DNA of 64,000 nucleotides, taken from Lepidodermella squamata. Taxonomy: Eukaryota; Animalia; Gastrotricha. Positions 53,294 through 62,960 of this stretch are shown here, in pieces; the first letter of the stretch is position 1, and every line of letters begins with the position of its first letter. Where the stretch lies: NCBI GenBank assembly GCA_047495785.1, contig JBLDXI010000015.1, positions 2,852,001-2,916,000 on the forward strand, read 5' to 3'. The notes beneath the pieces are model-generated. The model was not told the DNA's origin, searched no databases, and was given only the letters and a program-made list of their open reading frames with translations. Position numbers and translations under genes: made by a program.

Positions 53294-56200
53294 GAGCCCA
53301 CCCAGGAGCGATTTTTTTATCCATCGCAATTATTTTTTATCCGATTTTTTAAAAAAAAAAGGCCTCGTTTAAACAAAAAAATTCAAATTGTTGTCGAAAT
53401 CTGGCGAGAAAAAATATAAATGACAATTATAAAATTCTGATTCTGGACAAAATTAAGGTGGAATATTCAATTTTTTTAAATAATTTTCGCACTGAGGAGT
53501 TTTGGTTGTACGACATTTGCGCAAAAGAAACTGAGCAAACCGACAACTGAGCACGACAATTGATCAAACGACAACTGAGCAAAATACATTTTTAAATGTG
53601 AAAGCGACAACTGATCAAACGACAACTGAGCAAATTTAAAATTAAATAATTATTTATTTATTTTCAAAATTAAAAACGACATTTGATCAAACGACAACTG
53701 AGCAAAAATTTGTAAACATTATTTATTACACTAAAAAATCAGAAATGATTTCAAATTTGTGATAAATTAGCTATCATAATTTAATTCAGTTTTTTGGTTA
53801 TGCAACAAGTTGTCCAAAATATCCCCGAAAAAAAGCCCACAATTTATCAGGGGGATATAGTGAATTCATAACCACATCATTGAATGCTGTAAAAATTATT
53901 CCAGTCAGTTCCGAATCCCCGATTTCTAGTCCTAGCCTCCATTCCTAACCCTGACTCGTTGAATAACCGAACGAAATGGTTAGGTATTGAATTAAATGAA
54001 ATTTGGTGCCGATTTCCCAGAAATCACCGACTAGCTATCCCAACAACTAGCCGGTTCGTTGGAGACGGCTAGACCGGTGGCACGCTGGGAAAGCTTCATC
54101 GGCCGGGGTTGAGGTATTTAGGAACAGAGGAGCGTGAAGGATGAGCTTTTCCCACTTAGAGATCAGCCCGACCAGCGTTATGATAACTAATTCATCTCAA
54201 ATTTGAAATCATTTCTGATTTTTTAAGAGTTATTAAATAATATTTACAAATTTTTGCTCAGTTGTCGTTTGATCAAATGTCGTTTTTAATTTTGAAAATA
54301 AATAAATAATTATTTAATTTTAAATATGCTCAGTTGTCGTTTGATCAGTTGTCGCTTTCACATTTAAAAATGTATTTTGCTCAGTTGTCGTTTTATCAAT
54401 TGTCGTTGCGCAAATGTCGTTGACCAGCTGTCGTTTGCGCAAATGTCGGCATACGGGAGTTTTTATATTTACTTGAATTTTCATTATTTTTTAATTAATT
54501 ATTCATTTTCTATTTTAAAGCGCTGCTGAAAATTACGAAACGACCGAAATTGATGCCGTTAGCACATCGCCTGACCGTGCCGTCTTCGCAATCGGCCGTG
54601 CGGTTTCGTCATTCATGCGTGACGATTTCCTCACTGACTGGGCTACCCTTCGCCATTTAGAAGCCGCCGAACTCGTCGAAAGCCACAACACGGTACGCAG
54701 TGAAATCGCCAAAGTCGTCAATGCAACAAGTGATTACCTTTTCGAAGCATCGCAACGCTTCTCAGACTACACGTGGACCAGCTGCCTGGCTCGTTACATC
54801 GATTTTGTGAAGCAAAAATTCAACGCGAGATTAGCTGAGTTGGAAGAGCGTGAAAATTACCGAAAAGCACGTGACGCGATGAAAGTTGCTTTTTCGCAAG
54901 TAGCCGCCTTAATGGGTGATTTCCGCGAAAACCTCTTCGCGCCACCCAGCGCGGCGCAGCCGACACCGTTTTTGAAGAGTTTCCGAAATCTCATCGCAAA
55001 TTCGACGTTTAATTTTGACTTTGAAAACGGCGTGTGGGACGCGAGTGTTGTTCTGCTGAGCCGGGAAATGGGCACTTTGAGGGCCCCGGCGGCTATGCTG
55101 AGGCAAATCGATGAAATCAGGGCGTTGATTGAGCGTGGAATCGCCTCGATGAGATCGCAAGTTGCATCGCATGGGCCGATGTCTCAGTTGACTTTGCGAC
55201 GATTTTACGGCTTGGTCCAGTACTACAGGGCGGGCGAATTGAATCTTCTACCACCTCTCAGTGCCCAAGCTCTTGTTATCGGGTCAACAACAGCAGGTGA
55301 GATTTTACATTTTCTTGAATATTTGCCCATCTGAAATTGAGGTTCCAATGTTTTGCATTTTTTCGCGATTTTTTGAGATTTTCACATTACTATTTCTTTG
55401 TGGATACAGGTGACCCCATGACCCTGGAATTTATAATTTCCAAGGTACCTGGTACCATCAAATGGATAGAGACATTTTCAATTTAGGATTCCAAGACTTC
55501 CGATATCGGAAAAATCACTGATTTATAAAATCGATAATCGATAATTGGAATCGATATCGGCTCTATAGGCTGAAGTGTAAGACGTAAATTGATCGATAAT
55601 ATCTCAAAAAGCGCGTAATAATGAGATCTATGCCCACCATACTCGAATCCTGGGGTAACTCGAAAAAACCTATTTTGTTAGATTTTATTCCCGGAACCCT
55701 ACATTTTTTGATTAATTTTTAATAATTTTTAAAACATTTAAATTTTCAAAATTGATTTTTGATTATAGGCTCGAATCCAGTTTCTGAAACTGGGGTCGAT
55801 ATTGTGACCTTTGACGGACTAGGCCTTAACCTGGTCGCTCCAAATACCGGGATACAACAAATCGTATTGCTATACGACCGAATTCGAGCCGAACCACGAG
55901 TTTTACTCAACCTGGAACCGGCTGGTAAATGGAGCGTGACCGCCCTTATCGAGTCCAAAACAATCGAAATCAACCCGGTCGACCAGCGGGTGATGGTCGA
56001 TGGCCGTATCTCCGAACTACCGCTTCAAGTCCGATCGACCCGGGTTCGGCGAAACGGGCCCGAACTTCAACTTCAGTCCCGCCTTGGATTTGAAATCATT
56101 TGCAATGTCGATTTCGGGTATTGCCGGGTCATTATCGACGGGGTTCGTTTCAACGTTCAGGCCGGGCTACTCGGGACATTCACCGGGGATGTCGCCGATG

Positions 56201-59200
56201 ATTTGCTGAGCGCGGACGGGTTGAGACTGGCCGATGTCGATGAATTCGTTTGCTCATGGCGGACTTCGAATTCGTCGAACGAATGTCTGGTCGGAAATTC
56301 GAAAGCTAGCGAGAGGACTCAGTTCATCTCCGATGACGACGAAGACCCGATCGATTACTCGTGGATTAATTCCGAGGCGACCTACGAGCCGGAAAACGGG
56401 AAGCCAGGCCGGTTTACCGATCACGCGATTTCTATGTGCAATCGGCTGTTCAGAAGCCGCCAGTCGCAGATGGTCGGCTGTTTCGATAAAATTGAACCGG
56501 CGCCGTTCTACCGCGCGTGTTTAAGGCGGATTGAAGTGAATCCGACCGTTGAGCAGCGAGCAGCGTGTGGCGTGGCGTTTTCTTACGCGGCTCATTGCCG
56601 GCATTCGGGTGTCCACATTCGACCGCCAAAGTCATGCGGTAAGCATAAGTTTTCAATTATTTTTTATAATTTTATTCTAAACTGTAAAAAGGGGTGTTAT
56701 TTCTCCAAAAATTACTCGGAGAATCGTAATTACTCCCGAACACAAAATTGTTCAGTGTGTCCCAAACAAAGAAAATATACGGAAAAGTGTTCTTAAACTC
56801 ATTGAACAAAGTCACATCTCATGGCCAGACAAATTTTAGAAAAATTCAAAAAATCACGAGAATAGTAATCTAGTATGTCACCTGTCAATGGGAATAAAAA
56901 AAATCAGGAGAAATCGGGTCCAACCGGGTAAAATACCGAAAATTACCGGACCAGTTTTCCGGGTTTTCTCCAGTAAATTTCTAATTTCTCCGGTGGAATT
57001 GCGGATAAACAATGGAATATTCTCTCGGCAGATTTAATTTTTTTAAATTAGTTGAATTTCCTACGAAAAGTTGCCAAATTAGAAAATAGTTGCACAACTT
57101 CTGGGACACGCTGTAATTGTGTTTCGGAAGTTGAATGCACGCGGGCACATTGGAATTACTCTGAGCTTTTTAAGGATTATCTGCCTCAGATATCAATTAT
57201 TCATTAGAATGAGTAATGGAATCAGCGATGACCATAAAGTTACGCGAATATTTTACAGAAAATGTCCTTATCAAGGGCAATTGAGCAATATTTACGATAG
57301 AAAGAGTATCCGATTTATAAGCCGCACAGCGGATTTGTTAAATGATTCAACTTCGAGACGCCGCTGAGCCACAGTTAGAACCTGGCTGTTGGCAGCTGGT
57401 ACAAGGTGCTCGATCAGAACAAATTCAACCGAGTAGTCCTCAAATCATGTAGTCTTTCGGAAATTCGCTGACACACTTCTCGCATGCAGGGTCGAGTGAG
57501 CACTGAGGAACTCGGCGAGCTGATCGTCGATGCAGATTTGTTAAATGCAGCAATAAACTTTGTAGATTGTGTGCAGGCGAATTCGATCGCTTCGGCGGAA
57601 TTATTTTTCCGGCCCTTTATTGATCTCTGCATTCGAGCCATTCGTCTTTCAAATTCTCAAAAAATAGCATGTAAGATATAGGTCGATATTAGCTGGATGA
57701 GAGAATCATTAAACTGAGCAAGCCGTAGTCCAACATTTGCTTCTCGTTGTGCACTGCTCGGTGTCATTTAACAGTTGAACATTCAAGTCCGTAGTTGCGA
57801 ACGAAAGGCAGAGCGCAATGTTGTGGTTAAAACATAAAAAAAAACATAAAAACATAAAAAAAAACATAAAAAATTAGAACTAGAAAAGGAGTTATCCGCA
57901 ACGAGACAATCAGTCCAATACCAATACTGTAAACATGGGCCAGAGGGCCACCACCTGTCTTCTTGCCACCTACGCTCATTATCCGGGCTTTATTACGCGC
58001 CAACAGAAGATCACACGTATAGAGAACTTTCATTTCGCCCATTGTAATCTGCTTTCGCCTGCCCGTGTTGAATTTCTCGAGGACTTTTTCATAAGTCTCG
58101 TTCCGCTTCTTGGTTTGGCCTTGTTTCGGTTATTGGTGATCAATTTTTGAGAATTCCTCGAATTAGTATGAATGAAAATTCCTATTGAAAATTGTCATCG
58201 GGAATAAAAATCCGGGTAAAATCGTTCCAACCGGGTAAAATAACGATAATTACCGAACCAGTTACCATCAGGTTTTTCCCGGTTTTCTCGGGAAAATTTC
58301 ATATTTTCTGGTTTCTGGGCTGAACAACGGAAAATTGTTTACTTGGTAGTTTTCAAGTAGAAAAGTATAAAACGTCCGATCACAGATCGCTGATAATATG
58401 AAATATGGCAACAATAAATTAAGATCGCTTTAGAACTGAAGCGCTTAGAATTGAATAATTTATTGATTTTACTTCTTTTTTTAGTTCGATGCAAAACTTC
58501 GAAATCGGCATTTGAAACTCTTATCGGCAAGCCGAGACCGCAAGCCGTTGAAATATCGCTCGAATCCGCCGACGTCGTGTTCGTCGTCGACCAAAATTCG
58601 GCCTGTGCCCGATTCGATTTCGCGCCATTGATCGGCGATCTCGCCAAGAGCATCGACGAAAATTTGCGTAAAACCGACATCACCGACAACCGATTCGGCG
58701 TGGTCGGTTTCGGCGGCGAATCAGCCCTGCATCGCGAGCCGCATTTTCACACGCTGTCCGGCGGTCAGTTGTGGGTCGAAGCGTCTGAAATTTCGAACTA
58801 CGCCGCGTTTAACCAGTCTTCGGCCGGGAGAATCACCCGCCCGAGTAAATTACCGATCGACGCCCTGGCCGCGATCAATCTCGCGGTTAATAGCGCGTGG
58901 CGGATCGGGGCTAAGCGAATTCTAGTCATGCTGACGTGCACCAGTGAGGCGTGTCGGGAGCAGTCGATGACCGCCGAGTCGCTGAAGGCGCATTTCGAGA
59001 TCGGCCGCGTTGTTATGCATCTGATTGGACCGGCTCAGTTGCGGCAGATCAGCGTTGGCCGTGGGCTAGCTGCCCAGGCGCTGGTTGGATTCGACTCGAG
59101 AACGCTGTTTACCGCGGAAAATTTACCCACGGGAGCGTCTTCGCCTGAAATGGTACGGAGATTCAACCACAATAAATCCATATAAAATCTTGAAAATTCA

Positions 59201-60020
59201 TAAATTTGGGAAAAACCTTTTTTTCGAACGTTGCAAATTAGATTTGCTCAAAAATGTAGAAATTTGAAACAAACGTTTTTTCTCAGATTTTTCTAGAGAT
59301 TTTGAGATTTTCCATTATTTTTTCGGACATTCAAAACGCTTGGCTAATTATGCCATTTATATTCATTGTTTACGTTCCGTAGCGAATGCAAATGCTTCGT
59401 AATTTTTAAGACTAGCTCTTGAAATATGGGACAAATTATTTTGAAGAATTTCCAATTTGCGTTGGCGCAAATGTCGAGGCTCAAATGTCTTTGCGCAAGT
59501 GTCGCAGAGCAAGCGCTTCAGCTTTTTCAATTGAAGATGGATAATTTACAAAATCAAATTTTTCATTGGATATTTTCAGTTTTTTCTTCGAATACCGAAT
59601 AAAAGAAATGGAATAAAATTAATTGATTTTGCTGACACCAATTTTTCTAGTTTTTCAATTTAATAATTTAATTAAACGTTTTACTCTTAATTGTAATTCA
59701 AAATAATGAATTTAACGAATAAATTATCAATTTTTCTTAAATTATCGTTAATTTTGCAGTGGCGCAGTTTCTCTGACCGTCCCGATGACGCGTGCAGCCG
59801 TCTAGCCGTTTCAATGGCGGGTTCCTACTGGACGATGCGAGCCGCTGCGAAGCCCGAAGTGATGAGCAGCATCGGGGCACGTGTTGCCGGTCTCCACAAG
59901 GCGTCGCGCGTTGTCGAGTGCCAACACTGTGCATGTACGCTGGCCGACTATTCAACGTCATCGACGTACTACGACCCTGAACCGGTCGCAGATTGTTACC
60001 GCTGTTTACGCGCCGGTTGA
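28421..60020 (+). CDS. large lipid transfer protein (apolipophorin/apoLTP/vitellogenin superfamily), 20 exons, ~4,077 aa
   Basis: Exons 28421-28481, 28539-28586, 28640-29169, 31030-31844, 36013-36167, 36363-37509, 41271-41835, 42904-43506, 43558-43818, 44510-45355, 45413-45709, 45762-45932, 46076-48250, 48333-48427, 48476-49463, 51928-52829, 54521-55296, 55769-56638, 58485-59152, 59760-60020. All introns are GT-AG and phase-compatible; sum 12,234 nt. Signal peptide, FGYEVGKSYAY, LRALGNAG, LPTCSGLPL, vWD (VTFDG, GLLGTF), C8-like and vWA-like (DVVFVVD) regions. Confidence 0.92.
29634..30579. mobile_element. MITE with TIR ATAGAGGA..CGCCCTAATTTCGGCC in LLTP intron 3
   Basis: ~27-bp terminal inverted repeats plus subterminal CCTAA(T/A)TTCGGCC repeats. 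Confidence 0.75.
32206..32277 (+). tRNA. trnA: tRNA-Ala(TGC)
   Basis: GGGGATG/CATCTCC acceptor stem, TTTGCAT loop; D-loop TGGC variant. Confidence 0.95.
32477..32548 (+). tRNA. trnT: tRNA-Thr(TGT)
   Basis: GGCTCAG/CTGGGCC acceptor stem, CTTGTAA loop. Confidence 0.95.
32804..32875 (+). tRNA. trnP: tRNA-Pro(AGG)
   Basis: GGCCTGT/ACAGGCC acceptor stem, TTAGGGT loop. Confidence 0.95.
33263..33334 (+). tRNA. trnE: tRNA-Glu(TTC)
   Basis: TCCCTGA/TCAGGGA acceptor stem, CTTTCAC loop. Confidence 0.95.
33426..33498 (+). tRNA. trnV: tRNA-Val(CAC)
   Basis: GGTTCCG/CGGAACC acceptor stem, TTCACAC loop. Confidence 0.95.
33581..33652 (+). tRNA. trnA: tRNA-Ala(TGC)
   Basis: Canonical cloverleaf followed by a T-run. 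Confidence 0.95.
33954..34027 (+). tRNA. trnM: tRNA-Met(CAT), elongator type
   Basis: GCCTCCT/AGGGGGC acceptor stem, CTCATAA loop, TTCGATC T-loop. Confidence 0.93.
34250..34524 (+). promoter_or_regulatory. U2 snRNA upstream promoter region
   Basis: Highly conserved with 40090-40356; octamer ATGCAAAT at 34454-34461. Confidence 0.5.
34525..34716 (+). ncRNA. RNU2: U2 spliceosomal snRNA
   Basis: ATCGCTTCTCGGCC start, branch-point-pairing GTGTAGTA, Sm site ATTTTTG, stem IV loop TATTGCAGTA. Confidence 0.97.
34940..35012 (-). tRNA. trnA: tRNA-Ala(AGC)
   Basis: GGGGGAT/ATCCTCC acceptor stem, TTAGCAT loop, GGATCGA T-arm typical of eukaryotic Ala-AGC. Confidence 0.95.
35558..35631 (+). tRNA. trnV: tRNA-Val(TAC)
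   Basis: GGTTCCG/CGGAACC acceptor stem, TTTACAC loop. Confidence 0.92.
35717..35788 (+). tRNA. trnA: tRNA-Ala(TGC)
   Basis: Identical to the 33581 copy. Confidence 0.95.
38170..38710 (-). mobile_element. Penelope-like retroelement 3' fragment (GIY-YIG endonuclease)
   Basis: GVVYEYKC..C...YVGKT.RHLHQRVDEH, EMLVIKEKKPSIN; downstream hammerhead motif and AATAAA. Confidence 0.88.
38208..38248 (-). ncRNA. minimal type I hammerhead ribozyme, U3-A8 core variant
   Basis: CCC-TTGAAAA-T-GACTG(TTAAGATAT)CAGTC-GAAACGTT-GGG on the minus strand. Confidence 0.6.
39752..39825 (+). tRNA. trnM: tRNA-Met(CAT), elongator type
   Basis: One base different from the 33954 copy. Confidence 0.95.
40357..40548 (+). 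ncRNA. RNU2: U2 spliceosomal snRNA, copy 2
   Basis: Coding region appears identical to 34525-34716. Confidence 0.97.
40743..40815 (+). tRNA. trnV: tRNA-Val(CAC)
   Basis: Identical to the 33426 copy. Confidence 0.95.
42347..42418 (-). tRNA. trnA: tRNA-Ala(TGC)
   Basis: Reverse complement of the 33581 copy. Confidence 0.95.
42496..42568 (-). tRNA. trnV: tRNA-Val(CAC)
   Basis: Reverse complement of the 33426 copy. Confidence 0.95.
42646..42717 (-). tRNA. trnE: tRNA-Glu(TTC) with an acceptor-stem mismatch
   Basis: TCCCTGA/TCTGGGA gives a U5:U68 mismatch. Confidence 0.88.
42790..42863 (-). tRNA. trnM: tRNA-Met(CAT), elongator type
   Basis: Reverse complement of the 39752 copy. Confidence 0.95.
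43851..43922 (-). tRNA. trnR: tRNA-Arg(TCT)
   Basis: Reverse complement of the 16286 copy. Confidence 0.95.
43997..44067 (-). tRNA. trnG: tRNA-Gly(CCC)
   Basis: Reverse complement of the 16141 copy. Confidence 0.95.
44130..44269. mobile_element. MITE family A right-end fragment
   Basis: TAGAGTTTCTGAACC...GAGACACGCTGTA. Confidence 0.65.
44381..44452 (+). tRNA. trnR: tRNA-Arg(TCT)
   Basis: Identical to the 16286 copy. Confidence 0.95.
49686..50640 (-). mobile_element. degraded Mutator-like (MULE) transposase relic with subterminal DNA
   Basis: Broken frames read YNVYHEDI*KTNFVEG, SWNYRIQNLANGIWRLSELLIREE and LKNLLDRLDSGELGFMASLDAASY, resembling the RTNN..EGWH...PNIW and C-terminal helix of animal MULE transposases. 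Confidence 0.5.
49743..49786 (+). repeat. interstitial (TTAGGG)7 telomere-type repeat
   Basis: Seven perfect TTAGGG units. Confidence 0.97.
51015..51262 (-). mobile_element. Tc1/mariner transposase fragment
   Basis: FKQDGAS...WPPQSPDLTPFDFFLWGHMKDKVY, frameshifted. Confidence 0.85.
53237..53310 (+). tRNA. trnN: tRNA-Asn(GTT)
   Basis: GCTTCTG/CAGGAGC acceptor stem, CTGTTAA loop, T-run terminator. Confidence 0.95.
53504..54455. mobile_element. foldback/MULE-type non-autonomous element with ~250-bp repetitive TIRs and 8-bp TSD
   Basis: TIRs built of ACGACAACTGA(G/T)CAAA units; GGAGTTTT duplicated at 53496-53503 and 54456-54463. Confidence 0.85.
56753..57115. mobile_element. MITE family A near-complete copy
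   Basis: CAGTGTGTCCCA...TGGGACACGCTG-TA. Confidence 0.75.
58185..58305. mobile_element. MITE family A internal fragment
   Basis: CCAACCGGGTAAAATA...TTACCGAACCAGTT core. Confidence 0.55.
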
Positions 60021-60500
60021 GAGATTTGGTGCCGATTATTTCGAAAACAAGACAAGAAGTACGATTTTTTACAGTGATAATATCGTTTTATGCATGCTTT
60101 ATTACTTGAACCTTGAACATCCTCTAGAATTTCGCGACGTCTAGTCAAACTGCTGATTTTACTTGTCAGTTTTAACCCTTTGAATTTTATGATCATAGTT
60201 GATATTATTCATTTGATTTTCGAATAAAAGTGTTTGCATCATATTATTGGTCTCAAATTTTTTTCACGCAGGAACAAAGAAAGTATTGTTCCCGCTATGC
60301 CACTTAGAACAGATGCTGCCAAGCGTGTCAAGCCATTTTCAATCAGAGGTAAAGAAAAGTAAACTTGCAATTGTAAGTTTTATTTTTTGATCCTCTTCAG
60401 CTCTTAATTTTCCATCACCCTCAGATTAAAATAAGCCATTAAACTACTTGGAACTCATGCTCAACTCATCTTCATGAATTCTCTGAATACTAATCAACGA

Positions 60501-62849
60501 TCAATTGCACAAGGAACCAAGAGTATCCAAGAACCACTGGTGGCTGATCCACAGGATTGGCTTTGAACTCATGCACGCCGCCGGTCCCGTCATGCTCTTG
60601 TAAACCGGAATGGCGCACTTGAGATGGGCACAGACCTGGGAAATTTCAGTCTCGAAGGAGTCAGAATACGACAGGAAGTATCTCATGTTAATAGATGATG
60701 CTCTTGTAGGCAGAGCTGGGCATTGAGCGACACCGCTAATGTGCCCCTGGTAACAAGTTTCATCAGCACCTGCGTCGAATCGCGCGGTTCGGAAATTGCT
60801 GCTAGCTCTGATCAGATCCTGGTATGACAAGCCATTTTTAGCAGCAATCGCGGAGGCATTCGCAGCTTTAGGTGGATTGCATTGATTTTCACACAGCGTA
60901 TACGTGTACTCGTCTCTGCAATGTAAAGTTAACTATTTTAATCTGATATTTACTCTCAGGTGCAAACCTGCGGTCGTTATCCAAGTAAGCGTTCCAGCAT
61001 TTCTGTTTGCAGTCTTTCAGATGCGCTTCGTCACCAGGATACACCAAAGATCCCCAGAACTCGCGGTACAGCCTGTAGTAGCCATCAACATTCCACTCCG
61101 GAATAGGTCCGGTTGGTACTGGAGATGGAGCTGGAGCTGGAGCTGGAGCTGGAGCAGGTGCTGGGGCCGGCGCAGGTGCTGGAGCAGGGGCGGGAACGGG
61201 TGCTGGAGCTGGAGCTGGAGCTGGAGCTGGAGCAGGGCAAGTGCAAGCTGGAGCGGGTGCTGGAGCTGGAGCCGGCGCAGGGGCTGGGGCTGGAGGAGCA
61301 GCAGGTGCTCGCACGATGGAACTCCGCCAGGACAGAACTTGTTGATTTGAAACTCGGAAGCGATTTCGAGGTACAGTTGATACTTTTTGCAGTCGTCAGT
61401 ACCTGCTAGCTTCTTGTACTCGTTAACAGCGCACGATGCATACCTGCACGTATCGGGTTTCTGATCCTCAGGATAGCGCCTCAGCCAGCCGTAGCCGAGT
61501 GGGATAGGAGCACATGCGGATACTTTATCGATCGGCCTGCATGCTGATTCGTGAAAACCGTAGGTAAAGCCTGCAATCGCTTCAGCTACGTCATCCAATG
61601 TTTTCCCTCGCTTGGTAGCGGCTGCAGTGGCAAAATCACTGAGGCCGTTAACAGATATGTAGCAGCTGTACATTTGGGTCATTGTTCTGCAATGTTGTTT
61701 TGCAAATAATCAGCGAACAGTTAATCAGTTATTGAATTACCTATAACCTCTCTTTGAGCAGTCTCCTCTTTTTTCCGCCGCTTCCACGGCGAAAACCTGG
61801 ACATTTGACAGCGCTACGTCGTTGACGCGATCGTACGGTAGCACCTTCCCCAAAGTCTCGGGTGTCTCGACTAGAGGAGCCGAGACGCCAAGAGCAACCG
61901 AGTCAGCATAAACCCTAAAGAATCCACCGTCCCCCCAGTTGCGACCCCAGCTGTTCAGACCGACGTAGTAAGGCCTGCCGCTTGCTTGATCGACGCCGTA
62001 ACCGACAAGTGCAACGACGTGGTCCATGTCATATTTATTGGGGCACCCACCGACACCCCAATCCATAATTCCGGATGTGAACTTTTCCGGACCAGGTGCC
62101 TCGCTGCAGTACGGCATAACCAGGCAGCCATAATCATTAATTGCCTGGGTTTACGCAATGCATGTTGGTAATTTTAAAACGACAGCTAAATTATGCTTAC
62201 TTTCTTAGTGCATGTAAAGCTTTCAGCGCTGAAGCTCTTGTATCCCCATGAGTTCCACGGCAAGGAATCTCCACGAGCCTTCCGGAATGGGATGCTCTTC
62301 GGAACGGCATCGTATCTGCACTGTCCGCGTAAGCTTTCGGTCATGTAGTTGCGTATCGGATAATCGTCATAGGTTGGCGTGCCATTTTTTCTGACCATGA
62401 AATCGAAAACGTTCTCAGGAGCTCCCCCGCCACCGCAATATGGCGCATTACAGTCGATCAACGCCTGTGAAAAGAAAAGCTCATGTTTTAGCGTTGATAT
62501 AGTTCCAGAGAATGCAAACCTGTTCAGAGATTTTCGGAGCTGGCTTGCCACCCCAGGCCTTTGACCATGCGCAACGAGCCGCAGCAACAGCCGACCAATA
62601 GTAACAGCCCTGACAGTGCTGGCTCTTGACGTCGAACCATTCCGGATGAAGCTTTGAGTAGTCAAGATTGTCAGGGAGCCCTGTCGTATCACACGTTTCA
62701 TCTGCTTGCCTTCCGGCTCCGCGCTGATACTCCAGCAAGTCGGCGCTGCATATCGCTGTTATATAATGGAGCCAAAATTTGGTCAAATTAGAGGAACTTT
62801 GAATGATTAACTAACCAGCTAGAGCCGCCAAAGCTACAAGTGTCTTCAT
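60501..62849 (-). CDS. papain-family (C1A) cysteine protease with two Cys-rich domains joined by a (Pro-Ala)n linker; apparent 1-nt frameshift at ~61309
   Basis: Signal peptide, LPDNLDYS, QHCQGCYYWS (catalytic Cys position), ISEQALIDC, HVVALVGYG, NSWGRNWGDGGF; several ~50-nt introns. Confidence 0.8.
61127..61308 (-). repeat. (CCAGCT)n coding repeat encoding a Pro-Ala linker
   Basis: GGAGCT tandem units on the plus strand with third-position variation. Confidence 0.85.
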
Positions 62850-62930
62850 AATTCCCAATTATTGTCGAAAGAGAAAAGCGGAAATAATGAAATTTTGAAA
62901 GATCTTCACGCATTATATCGGACTAAAATG

Positions 62931-62960
62931 CCCTCATGGATGACGTCATTCCGATGAGGG
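62931..62960. promoter_or_regulatory. CRE (TGACGTCA) inside a 30-bp imperfect palindrome upstream of the protease gene
   Basis: CCCTCATGGATGACGTCATTCCGATGAGGG; TATA-like sequence at ~62912-62918 on the minus strand. Confidence 0.5.

Noticed and set aside
53510-53720. Regularly spaced ACGACAACTGAGCA repeats resembling a CRISPR array
   Set aside because: Eukaryotic context, no unique spacers or cas genes, and the repeats are mirrored as the TIR of a foldback element.
57119-58150. Small ORFs and an (AAAAACAT)n tract in intron 18
   Set aside because: Probably repeat debris; I could not define termini, TSD or protein similarity.
60904-61409. Plus-strand ORFs with (WS)n and (LE)n repeats
   Set aside because: Antisense shadows of the Pro-Ala linker.
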